Assembly: GCF_009914755.1 (NCBI RefSeq)
Contig: NC_060927.1
Origin: the human T2T-CHM13v2.0 reference genome, Homo sapiens
Direction: 5' to 3' (one strand)
Length of the DNA: 64,000 nucleotides
Under the pieces are notes generated by a model, which was not told the DNA's origin, did not search any database, and saw only the letters and a list, made by a program, of their open reading frames with translations. Shown here piece by piece: positions 14,768 through 27,352 of this stretch (positions are counted from its first letter, which is position 1; the number at the start of each line of letters is the position of its first letter). The position numbers were made by a program, and so were the translations under genes.

Positions 14768-15916
14768 TTTGTTTATAAGTTTTATCTCATTTACTGGATC
14801 CTAAGAGTCTTGAGAACAGGTTAGTGCCTGCCACATCATAACGTTTAGTAAATACTGACATTTACATTATCTGTGACTAAAAATTAATGTGTTGGGAGTT
14901 ATGTATGAGGTTTACAATCTTATTCATGTTTAAATCCCTAGTCTCTAGCATAGTATATCATTGATAGTATGTATCATTGATAGTATGTCTAAATGTTTTA
15001 GAAAACATTTAGCTAAATAAATGAAAGAATAATTATATAATTCAGGGCTGTGGCTACTATGCCGATTATTATATAGCATATTTTTTCAAAAATCATGTGT
15101 AATTTAGTTTTCAAATTTTTTGTAGTTTTAATAACATGATAGAGAACAGATAGGGTCTTCTAGTGTTTTTTTTAACAGCTGCTTTAAAAGTGAAATTTTG
15201 CGAATTGCTGATTTACATCAATATCTTCAGTATTTTTTCCTCGTATAAAGAAAGGATCACTAGACTAGGAGATAAAAGTTGGATTCAGATCTTGGCAGAG
15301 GGGTCTGTATGTTTGTGTGTGTGTGTGTGTGTGTTTGAGGGGTGAGGACTAGTTGGATTAATCTTTTACATTCCAGTGTCCTGTGCTGCTATTTCCTATA
15401 CTGTTCAACTGTTCAAGCATACTATTTCATATAATCATGTGCCTTATACATTTTGATTTCAGATATCCAGCAGAAGTATTCCAGCTAAAGGAAAAAATAC
15501 TTGAAATTGGGCATCAGAGAGATTAGCCATTTCCTCCAGATATCCAGATGGATACCAACAGTTGCTGCCAAGACAAATTTATCTTTGGAATTGAAAGTCT
15601 GTTACCCTGGGACTATCTAATGCTAATGTTTTTCTTCCTGTTTGAATAGATTTTTAACCTGTAGTTATGAGTGATGGATGTCGTTGCAGTATAATAACAT
15701 TTGCTCGGTCCTTATTGATGATCTGCTCAAAAAATAGATTAGTAGATACTTAACCCATCAGAGAGCTTGTCGGTGTAATAATGTCACTGTAATCAGGCTG
15801 CATAATGTAATTCTCTGCTTAGTTCAGTTGCTAATGGTCATCCGGAGAGGTCATTCCCATCCGAGATGACTCATGTGGAGGCTTCTGGAATATGGTACTG
15901 TACTTTAAAGAATGCT

Positions 15917-16045
15917 GGCCAGTGAGTGCGGTGGCTCACGCCTGTAATTCTAGCACTTTGGGAAGTGAAGGTGGGCAGATTGCTTGAGCTCAGGAGTTCA
16001 AGACTAGCCTGGGCAACATAGTGAGATCCCATCTGTATTTTAAAA
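15917..16045 (+). mobile_element. FLAM / Alu left monomer
   Basis: Single Alu monomer with aatgct TSD-like flanks. Confidence 0.8.
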
Positions 16046-16213
16046 ATGCTATATAAGAGGAGCAATATGACTTACTCATCATCTCTGACTTTTCAGTGCA
16101 GGATGGGGTTTTAACCCAACATTTCCTAAAATCATGTGACTATAGAAGTCCTATAGAACATTCAACAAATCTCCTAGAATACAGTTTGGGAAAGGCTCAT
16201 TTCTTCTGATTTA

Positions 16214-16573
<360 letters not shown>

Positions 16574-18207
16574 TTATGACAATTGGAGAATCTGAGGCCC
16601 TTGGGGATTGAAGAGTTGCCCAGTATAGTGAGTTGGTGGCAAAGCGTGGATGAAAATAACGCAGATATCCCTCACTTCTGTGCTTTTCTCACTATAATAC
16701 GGTTCTTAACAAACTGATAAAAAATCTCCTAGCTGCTATAAGCCATAAACCCTTTTTTGTAGAAGGTGGCTGTAACTTTGACATTGACTAGGTTTCAGTT
16801 CGGAGATAGGAGTGGGAAGAGGGCTTTGACTTAAGGTATATGCTGGTTCTTTGTTTAATGAATGTCACAAGATAGTTGCTTTTTCCACCTCCGGTTCCAT
16901 TCTTTTTAAATACAGAGTCCCTCTTTTTTGTAAAGGCCTTTTAATTCTTTACCCTCAGGAGTACAGCTGTTACTAAGTCATCAGATTCCACGGTGAACTA
17001 ATTCAACCATCTTCTTTTCTAAAATCTGTACTATAGGAATGGGCATTGCAGTGGGGTCCTAAATCTTTCATAAATTATTTAGTCTCTTTGTTTGTTGGTT
17101 GGGTTTAAAAAAAAAAAAACATATAATCAGTTTAGGAGCCAGTTTTTTTTTTTTTTCCAGTTTTTCTTGACCATCATCTGCTTAAAAGAGAGGGAAGGAA
17201 ATAGATGAAAAACTCAAATATCCATTCTGAATGTCCAATTTTTTAAAAATGTGGTCATAAAGACTGAAGTTTGCAGTTGCCCTGGCTGACACCCTCTAAT
17301 TTCATTCCTAAATAACTGTTCCTTTACATTTTGAAGTTTTTTCATTCTTGCTTTCTCTTACCAGAAAGTACCATTATCATGAATCATTTTAAGGGAGTAT
17401 TTTATAGAAAATTGGAATAGGGTGGACTCAAGATAGGAACACAGTCAGGGGCCTGGGGACATGGAGAGGTGTGCAAGAAACAGAAACAGACACAGATGAC
17501 ACAGTGCTAAAGGCACAGTAGTGGAGATCACTGGAACTCTAAAGTCAGCAGACTTCCTGATTTTGAGCTATGTTGTATTGGACAAGATACTTAATCTCGC
17601 TGTGCTCATTATCTGGTCTCTAAAATGAGAATAATACCCCTATCTTCAGGATTATGAAGATTACAAAAGTCAAAGTATGGGTGTTTATTATAATATTGCA
17701 TTCATCCAGCTGGTTAGAGTTTGCCTTTGGGATGTGATTGAGAAAGTTTTTTTACCTTCTCCTTTTTGTTTGAAATGGTTATACTAGTTATGTAGTATCA
17801 GAAACCAGTAAAACATATTTTTGCTTTAATATAAAAAGGGAATATGTGAACAGCCTGCCATTTAGTTAGCGCTCAGTAAATGTGAGTTCTCTTTTCATCT
17901 TTCCTTCCTTCCCCAACACACCTTCCACCTCCAAATTTCCTTGATTTTTTTCTTGACACCAGCCTTTTCCTCTGTAAGGAAGGGAATAAGACCCAGCTAT
18001 ATCTATAACTCTTCTGGGTTTGGGGTAGATACAGGATGATTGGAGGGAAGTCTGCCCGTGCAAGAGGCAATAGAGTATATAAAGACTCGGACTTGGGAGA
18101 AATTCAGATCTAAGTTTGTATCCTTACCCCTACCATTTAAAAGCTAAGTAACCTAAGACAAGTTTTTAAATAAAACCTCTGTATTTTCTTTTTTAAAATA
18201 GTGATAT

Positions 18208-18492
18208 ACTGGGCACAGTGGCTCATGCCTGTAATCCCAACTCTCCAAGGCCAAGATGGGAGGATCGCTTGAGCCTGGGAGTTTGAGACCAACCTAGGCA
18301 ACATAGCAAGACCCCATCTCTACAAAAAATTTAAAAGATTAGCTGGGTGTAGTGATGTGTACCTGTAGTCCCAGCTACTGGGGAGGCTGAGACAAGAGGG
18401 TTGCTTGAGCCCAGGGTTCAAGTGTACAGTGAGCTGTGATTGTGCCACTGTATTCAATCCTGGGCAACAGAGGGAGACCCTGTCTAAAAACA
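18208..18492 (+). mobile_element. AluJ inserted in a MIR
   Basis: Dimeric Alu body with J-type positions. Confidence 0.88.
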
Positions 18493-18519
18493 TAAAATGG
18501 TAATAATTGTAATACTTAC

Positions 18520-19698
18520 TCTTAAAACTCCAAAATGATCCTTTGACTCCATGTCTCACATCCGGATCACATGGAGGCAAAAGGTGGGTTCCCATGGTCT
18601 TGGGCAGCTCTGTACCTGTGACTTTGCAGGGGTATAGCCTTCTTCCTGGTTGCTTTCACTGGCTGGCATTGAGTGCCTGAAGCTTTTCCGGGCACTTGGT
18701 GCAAGCTGTTGGTGGATCTGCCATTATGGGGTCGGAGGACAGTGGCCCTCTTCTCACAGCTCCACTAGGTGATGCCCCAGTAGGGACTCTGGGAGAGCTC
18801 TGATCCCACATTTCACTTCTGCACTGCTGTAGCAGAGGTTCTCTGTGAGAGCCCTGCCCCTGCAGCAGACTTCTTCCTGGACATCTAGGCATTTCCATAC
18901 ATCCTCCGAAATCTAGGCAGAGGTTCCCAAACCCCAATTCTTGACTTCTGTGCACTTGTACAGCACAGGGACTCTGGCCCGGCCCATGAAACTATTTTTT
19001 CCTCCTAGGCCTCTGGGCCTGTGATGGGAGGAGCTGCTGTGAAGACCTCTGACTACCCTGCTGTATTTCAGACTTGCATGGGGCCTGCAGCCCCTTTGTT
19101 TTGGCCAATTTCTCCCATTTGGAAAGGCTGTATTTACCCATTGCCTGTACCCCCATTGTATCTGGGAAGTAACTAACTTGCTTTTGATTTTATAGGCTCC
19201 TAGCCAGAAGGGACTTGCCTTGTCTTGGATGAGACTTTGGACTGGACTTTTGAGTTAATGCTGAAATGAGTTAAGACTTCAGGGGACTGTTGGGAAGGCA
19301 TGGTTGGTTTTGAAATGTGAGGACATGAGGTTTGGGAGGAGCCAGGGGTGGAATGATATGGTTTGGCTGTGTCCCCACCCCAATCTCATCTTCCCATGTG
19401 TTGTGGGAGGGACCCAGTAGGAAATAATTGAATCAGGGGGGCAGATCTTTCCTGTGCTGTTCTCATGATAGTGAATAAGTCTCATGAGATCTGATGGGTT
19501 TAAAAAGGAGAGTTCCCCTGCGGAAGTTCTTTGCCTGCTGCCATCCATGTAAGACATGACTTGCTCCTCCTTGCCTTCTGCCATGATTGTGAGGCCTCCC
19601 CAGCCACTTGGAGCTGTAGGTCCATTAAGCCTTTCTCCTGTATGAATTACCCAGTCTCGGGTATGTCTTTATTAGCAGTGTGTAAATGGACTAATACA
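18520..19698. mobile_element. THE1 (MaLR) element: inverted internal segment 18520-19053 (-), internal 3' end 19050-19353 (+), LTR 19354-19698 (+)
   Basis: LTR tgatatggtttggctgtgtcccc...ctaataca preceded by a purine-rich PPT; THE1-int sequence on both strands; TSD cttac at 18515-18519 and 19699-19703. Confidence 0.88.
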
Positions 19699-21744
19699 CT
19701 TACCTAATGGGGTTGTGGTCTGTATATACTTAGCATGGTATCTGTCATTTTGACCCTCAATAAAGGTTGTTATTATTTTCATCATCAGGATTATCATAAT
19801 CTCATCCTATTCAGATCCTTTTCAGGTCCTTCGGCAACCCTAAAGAACTAGAAATTCCTAAGCACTCCTATTTGATGGTTTGGAGGAAGCGTTTTCATCT
19901 TTTAGCAGATCTTACTTTTTAGACCTTCCTCTATATCTTAAGTGGGACTTCTGACTCAAAAGCTTTGAATTTACTTTTAATGTCAATATATTACCCACTC
20001 TACTGGCTTACCCAGTGGTTCTGGTTAGTAGGCTGTTTTTTAAGAAAAACAGATCCAAACTCCTTGCTCATCAGTTCACTGCTTTGGGCCATTCATTCCT
20101 AGGGATATTGACTACTGTTCCACGTTGACAAATTAGAGAATCCTTGGCTAGTGTAGTGTGATGTATTATTTTGGGATGCCCACGCATTAAGGGGCTGGGA
20201 GAAGGAATCCTGGTGTCTGATAAAATGAAATAGAATCTGGGTCATGGCATCATTGTTGTATCCAGCAGGCTTCTGGGAAGGCAACTTTCAGAAACTTCTT
20301 AGGACATTGGCAGAAACTCTGAGGTGAGACCCCTGGGTGAATTGGTATGGTTTGTTTCCCTAGAATCTCTGCTAAGAGGGGGAGCAGTGTTTGTCACTGA
20401 AAAACATGAGTGTGGTGTAACCTAAGGAGAGGCTTATCAGAAGTGCTCTGAGTCTAGAAGAGCCTTCTGCTTGGGATCTGAAAGCAAAGCACTGGTGTAC
20501 AAGTAAAATATCATGCTACAGTTTGACTGTCTGCTATCCCCTGCCCCATTGTTCCACTTCTTTGATCAGCTCTATTTTCTTTGAGGGTATTCCTGGCAAC
20601 TTCACAGTCAGATTCAATGAATTAATTTTATTTTTTAATTCAGCATTGATTAATTGCCCCTGTCAAATGAACGGTGACATGGGCCACTTAGGTTTGGTTC
20701 ACTATTTGGGGTGCCTATCCTGTACTCAAACCCAGCTTATAGCTGTGGAAGACAAAGACCTCCACAGCTATAGGGTATGCTTTCAAAAATTTTGCAGTGG
20801 AGTTACAAGTCTGTTAACCCATTAAAATATAAAAGTACTAAGAATCTCTCACATTATGTAGTATTTGGCAGTGTGCAAAATATTGCACATAATTCTCTAG
20901 GTTATCACAGTGACCCCTATAAACCTTGTTAATTATTATATAGATTTTCTAGATGAGGGCTCTAAAACCAAAAGAGGAGAAAGTATTCAACCAAGGTCAT
21001 AGCAAATTAATAGTGATTGGCAGACTAAAACATAAACCTATTTCTTCTGCCTCCACGTGAAAGTTCAATTATACTATACCACAGCTGCTTCCATGGATAT
21101 CTTGCAGTGCACTTTTAAAAAAAATAAATACCCCAGGAGTTAAGTCATATCCGGTTAGCATATGGTATATAATTGTGGTACAAGTAGTAAATTCTATGAT
21201 AGTCCAGAGAGGAATGATCATCATGGGCTGTAAAGACCAGGGAATGCTTTGTAGAGTAGGTAAGACTTGAGTTGAACCTTACATGAATGAAGGAACTGTC
21301 AAGAAGGTATTTAGTGCCTGTTCTTTTGAGTGACAGAGCTTTCTTGTGCAGAGGGCTTTGTGCACGTTCTAGGCCCCGTGGTGGTCTTAGTCTGTCTGTT
21401 ATCATCCTAAAGAAGCATTTCATTCTCTTCTCTGTTCTGTGCTCTAGGGATATTTGTGGTCCAGATCAGCATCCTAGTTCTTGTACCAATATCTTCATGC
21501 AATATTTTTTTCCACCAAAGTATTCCTAAGGAGAAGAGTGTACGTATGTAACCCAATAGTTGCTGCCCTTCACTTGAAATATTTTGAAATCTTGTTTTGA
21601 TTCTAATATGTTATATATGATTTACATTTTCTCCATAATATTTGTAATTATTTAATGTAAAAGCCCTTAAAAAAGGAGGGGGAAAAAACTCTGAGTAAAA
21701 GTTATGCTTCGAGAAAATTAGCTATATTTACCCCTCCCCATTTA

Positions 21745-22905
21745 AAAAATTGAGGTACTATTCACAAAATATAAGATTCATCATTTTAACCATTTTAAGG
21801 TGTACAATCCGGTGCCATTAAGTGCATTCACAGTGTTGTACAATCCTCACCACTATCTAATCCAGAAATTTCTCATCGCCCCAAAAGGAAACCCTGTGCC
21901 CATTCTTCATTTCCCTTTCCCTCAACCCTGGTAACCACTAATCTACTTTCTGTTTTATGGATTAACTTATTCTAATATTTAATAAAAATGAAATCACACA
22001 ATGTACTAGTTTTGGTGTTCGATTTCTTTGACTTAGTGTAATCTTTTCAAGTTTAATTCATGTTGTAGTGTCAGTACTTCATTCCTCTTTATGGCTGAAT
22101 AATATTTCATTATATTGATATACCATGTTTTGTTTATCCATTCATCAGTTGATGGACATTTTGGGCTATTTTCACCTTTTCCCTATTGTAAATAGTGTTG
22201 CTATGAACATTCATGTACAAGTTTTCATTTGAACACCTGTTTTCAGTTCCCAGAATGGAATTGTTGGATCATGGTAACTCTATGTTTAACTTCCTGAGAA
22301 ACTACCAGACTGTTCTCTATAATGCTGCACCGTTTTATATTCCCACCAAGAGTGTATGAAAGTTTCCATTTTTCCACAAGCTTGCCACCACTTGTTGGCA
22401 ATAGACAATAGTCCATCTTTTTTTTTTTTTATTGTAGCTATACTAGTGGTGTGAAGTGATATCTCATTGTGGTTTTGATTTGCATTCCCTTAATGACGAA
22501 TGATGTTGAGCATCTTTTTATGTGCTTCTTGGCTAGTTGGATGTGTTCTTTGGAGAACTATCTATTCAAGTCCTTTGCCCAATTTTTAATTCTGTCATCT
22601 TTTATTGTTGAGTTGTAAGGGCTGTTTATATATTCTGGGTAAATAAACTGTTATGAGATATATGATTTGCAAATATTTTCTCCCATTATGTAAATTATTT
22701 TCATTTTCTTGGTAGTGTCCCTTGATGCCCAGAGTTTTTACTCTTGATGAAAGCCAATTTGTTTTTTCTTTGGTTACTTGTGCTTTTGGTGTATATCTTA
22801 AAAATCTTGCTTACTCTAAGATCATGAAGATTTATCTCTGTTTTCTTCTAACAGTTTTATAGTTTTATCCTTTGGACTTTGACCCATTTGAGTTAATTTT
22901 TGTGT
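21745..22905 (-). mobile_element. L1M (L1MB-like) 3' end
   Basis: T-rich antisense L1 3' UTR and ORF2 end (tttatccattcatcagttgatggacatt, ctcattgtggttttgatttgcatt). Confidence 0.85.
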
Positions 22906-24319
22906 AGTGTTATAATGTTAATGGTAGAATCTAGGTGGGGGGTTCTCTGTAAAATCCCTTCAACTCTCAACTTCACCATATGTTTGAAATTTTTCATAAA
23001 AAAATATTGAAGGGAGAAGGAAACCAAATTTAGAAACTTATTATTTAGAAATGTACTATTTCTTCTTTGAGCATCCCCTCTTCCCCACCTTCTCCACAGC
23101 TTCAGAAGAGAACCATAATGTAGGTTAAAGGCAGTTGCTGGACAAGGAGAACGTAGCAGTGCACTCACCAGGCTCCAAGCTAACATGAGAGCTTTCTATT
23201 AACCACAACTCCTCTGTTAGCCTGTAACTTTCTGTTCTGTCACCCCGAATCTTTCCTCCACAATATGCCCCCAAGAAACTTGCCTTTCCATCCCCAATGT
23301 TATCCCCAGTTGCTGTTTCTGTTAGATAAATGCATTATTACCCTGAAATGACTTCACCTTTGTCATTTCAAAGAATGATCTAATTTTCATCTGAACAAAG
23401 GCATTTTTGCAGAAAGAAAACTCCATTGAGAATCAGCAAACGTGTTCTAGAGTAGACTCAGTCAGGTAAGTGACTTGTGCAAGGTCAAATAATTGATAAA
23501 TGGTAGAAACAGAGTTTGGGTCCAGAACACCTTATTCCGGTTTATCATTAGTACTGCTCTTTAGGACCTAAAGGAATGCATGGTGGAGTTTCAGAAAGCA
23601 AGGATATATTTCATCACTCAGATTCTGCTGCATGGACAACTACCTACTTTAGAATCTAGCTCTGTAAGTAAAATCAACTTTTGAGGGAAGAATGTCCACA
23701 GCCAGTTTTCAGTGGCTGCATAAGAACAGTTTCAACCCTCGTATCTTGTACTTTACCTACAAAAAAGTGCCAAGAAAGTTGGCTGTGAAAAGCGTGAATT
23801 TTTGTGCCATATATCAGATGAAACCTTCTAGGATTCAGGTTTCTCCTTTAAACTTTTATTCATTCCGTATTTTTAATAAGCTATCATAGGGTTCTTCTGA
23901 AACCAGTTCCTTAGAAAAGGTGTGCAAGGGACCCAGAATTCCAATTTACATAGGAACTTAAATCCCAAGGGGTTCTGGCTGATGGTCTTTGATTTTTGCC
24001 TCCCTAAATTTACATTAGGGTAAAAGATTATGTTTTGGGAGTGCTGTCTTGCTCCCCAGAATATAACTATATTTTCCCCCAGCACTCAGTACACTATGTA
24101 GCATATAGTAGGCATTCTGTGAACTTCTGATGAATTGTTGGCTTCCTCACAGCAGGGTCTGGAATTGTTCATCTCTGTACACCCATCTCCTAGTACAGCA
24201 CCTCCTAGCATATAATAGGTTTTCAAAAATTAATTGCATTGATATTGTTACTTCACTTTTAGGTAAGTGCCTATCCTTTTAACTAGGCGTTTCTCAGTCA
24301 AGACTGTCAGAGCCCTGAA

Positions 24320-24334
24320 TGAGTCATTGAGTCA
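24320..24334. promoter_or_regulatory. Tandem AP-1 consensus sites
   Basis: TGAGTCA at 24320-24326 and again at 24328-24334. Confidence 0.45.
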
Positions 24335-25039
24335 GGATTAGAGGGTTAATGATAGCCCAGAAAAGATAGGCACCACTTGTTAGCTGATTCATGGGGCTAA
24401 TGTCAGCTCTTTTAGGGGACGTGGCCTAGATAAATCAAAGTCTGGCAATAATGAACCCATAGCCCGCAGACAGCAAAAATTATGGACCTTTCTGAACTCC
24501 TGCAAAGGAAATGAAAAACTCTTTAATCAGATTTCTGGACTTGAAACTAGGGATTTTTGTAAGGATGCTGTATTTCAGATTGCCAACATGGAATTGGGGA
24601 GCATGATCAGAGAAAGGTTGGAAGAAGAGGGGAAGATAATAGGGACTTAGCTGGAAGAAGGAAAAGGAAAAGGTTGCCCGGAAAGCAGAGAGAAAGATGA
24701 CCTGAAACAAGAGTAACCATGGTCTCACCTTGGTTTTGTGATCGGTCAATGATCTGGTGGCAAACGAACTTTTTGCTAGAGAGCTATATCCTCAGAGTGG
24801 CCAGAATATCCACTGTCTTAGGTTTGACTTCAGTAGTTATCATTCTCACAACCCTTTTCTAGTCATATGAGATGGGATCCAAAGTAAGCTTTATGTGTTT
24901 TGTGGAGAACGAGGGGAAGAGGCATTAAACAGTCTCCTCCTCTACAGTAAAGATTCTCAGAGGCATTTATCATATTTTGGAGAGGGTTCCCCTTTGTTGA
25001 TTACAAATGTGGCTGTGAGCTCTAAAATCTAGGGCATAC

Positions 25040-25347
25040 TTTATTTATTTATTTTTGTTTTTTTGAGACAGGGTCTCCATTCTCTTGCCCAAGCTAGAAT
25101 ATAGTGGCAGGATCATAGCTCCCTGTAGCCTCACCTTCCTGGGCTGAAGTGATCCCCCTGCCTCAGCCTCACGAGTAGGTGGGACTACAGGCATGCACAC
25201 CATGCCCAGCTAATTTTTTATTTTTTTTGTAGAGACAGGGTCTCACTATGTTACCCAGGCTGGTCTCGAACTCCTCAGCTTAAGCAATCTTCCTGCCTTA
25301 GCCTTTCAAAATATGGAGATTATAGGCATTCACCACCACACCCAGCC
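25040..25347 (-). mobile_element. AluJ
   Basis: Antisense dimeric Alu; flanks tctagggcatactt and tctaaggcattctt. Confidence 0.88.
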
Positions 25348-26578
25348 CGTCTAAGGCATTCTTGATTGGAGTCTAACCTCAGGAGGAAACAAACGTCATT
25401 GTAGTGTCAATATTACCCAATAATTTTCTGTCCTTTGGAAGTTACATAAAATCAGTGCAGTTGGTTACAACCCCATGTCCTTTTCCCCACCTTCATGGAT
25501 TTATAAAAAGATGTACCATCACTGTGATCTCTCCTTGTTCACATGAGCTTAAATATGGGATCACTGGATCCAGTTGTTATTCTTAGAGAAAACAACAAGG
25601 CACTTTCTTCCAGTGATCTCTACTGAATCATTCAGCATTTACGTTTTGAGTGACAACTTTCTTAGGTACTTGGGATTCAATGTTGAGATAGACAGATTTA
25701 GTCCCTAATTGTACCTTACCAATGTACAATCCTTAGAAGAAATATCCTATCTTATTTAAATCTGTTCTCTAAATCAAGTGCTGGAAATTACTTCAGATAT
25801 ATTGCTCTGAATTTTGTGCCTGTGTAAGAGCTCATCATTCATTGTTTAGAGAGGAACCAGGAGACAGAGAACTAACTCTATCCCAACTCACCCTCCCAAA
25901 TAACATCAGGAACTGGAACCAACAGCATTCTGGATGGTATGAGTGGGAAGTGCCAGAATCTGTTACATAACCTGTGAAAAATTCTGCCTTGGGGTTGCAG
26001 TTAGAGTTGTCAAGTTTTAAATCTTCTCCTCTGTGTCTGCTGTCTGCTTTTGCCCTTCTGGGAAAGGATAGAGCTTCCTGCCCTGAAGTTAGCAGCATCT
26101 TCCCCATAGACAGGAGTCAGCCTTCCTGGAGCAAATTTGGAAACAGATTCCCATATCTTCCTATCTTGGCCCTCTGTGCCACACTCCACTTAGTCTTGAG
26201 TCTGAGTTCCTACTACCTGGAGGGTGTTAGATGATATGACAGTTACAGAGATGCATGTGATAGGCATGTTGCACTCAGAATTTAGTGAGGTTAGGGAGAT
26301 GGAATATATACAGTAAAAACTAAAAAGGAAGATGAGTGATGTTTGTGCAGTGCGAAGTAGCATGACAACAGAAACAGCAGTGACCCTTTAGTTAGAAGAT
26401 CCAGGTTCAAAGTCTAAGTTTTATGTTCATGAGCAAATGTACCTCTTTTGGCTTAGTTTACTCACCTATAAAATGGGGATAATCATTTTGATCCTGCCTA
26501 ACTTTCAGGGCTGGAGTGAGACTCAAGTGAGATAATATATGAGAAACTTTGAGTAATGCAAATTAAAATACAAACACA

Positions 26579-26720
26579 GGCTTGGTGCAGTGACTCATGC
26601 CTATAATCCCAGCACTTCAAGAGGCTGAGGCAGGAGGATTGCTAGAGCCCAGAGTTTGAAACCAGCCTGGGTAACATAGCGAGACCCTGTCTCTAAAAAT
26701 ACGTGAATGAATGAATAAAT
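26579..26720 (+). mobile_element. FLAM / Alu monomer between MIR fragments
   Basis: Alu left monomer; tacaaacaca on both sides. Confidence 0.8.
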
Positions 26721-27052
26721 TACAAACACATGTGGAAAGAAGTCTTATTCCATTTTACAGATGAGGAAACAGGCCCAGAGAGATGGAAAAGCTTACTGAA
26801 AGTACCCTGTTTTGTGATGAAACAGTTATTTATGGTTTAAGCACAAAGTAGAATAACTTTTCTTCTTTTTCTTCCTCCTTCATAGACTTTGTCTGCCCCA
26901 GGACTGTTAAGTAGCCCAGAATGCTGTTGACCTCATATAAGTTGTATTTTGGTAGAGTATGAAGAAGTTTAGGGGGTCCATATTTTACCTTAAGGATATT
27001 TGTTATAGCATTATACCATCACCTTATTTATTGGGCTTGGCAAAAGTTTAAC

Positions 27053-27352
27053 ACAGTACTATCTGATAAAAATATAATGCAAATTGCAAATGTGAAATTT
27101 TAAGTTTTGTAGTAGCCAAAGCAAAAAAACAAAAGAAGTGAAAGGATACAGGTAAAATTAATGATGTATTTTATTTAACACACTGTATCCATAATATTCT
27201 CATTTCAGCATGTACTCATTATAAAACAAATTGTTAATGAACTATTTTACATTCTTTTTTCATACCAAATCTTAGAAATTGGGCACGTGTTTCCCCTCAC
27301 ATCTCACATCTCATTTGCACTTGTGGTTGATGCCACTGTATTGGAAAGTGCA
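27053..27352. mobile_element. MER3/MER33-like hAT MITE
   Basis: cagtactatctgataaaaatataatgc...gtattggaaagtgcag, with degenerate terminal inverted repeats. Confidence 0.6.

Noticed and set aside
15440-15600. Possible cryptic exon after the (TG)n tract at 15314-15334 (acceptor ttttgatttcag)
   Set aside because: No convincing downstream donor found.
18656-19584. ORFs within THE1
   Set aside because: Degenerate MaLR internal/LTR sequence with no intact gag or pol.
20368-20388. CTCF-like gctaagagggggagcagt
   Set aside because: Lacks the conserved CC-C/G 5' part of the core; weak match.
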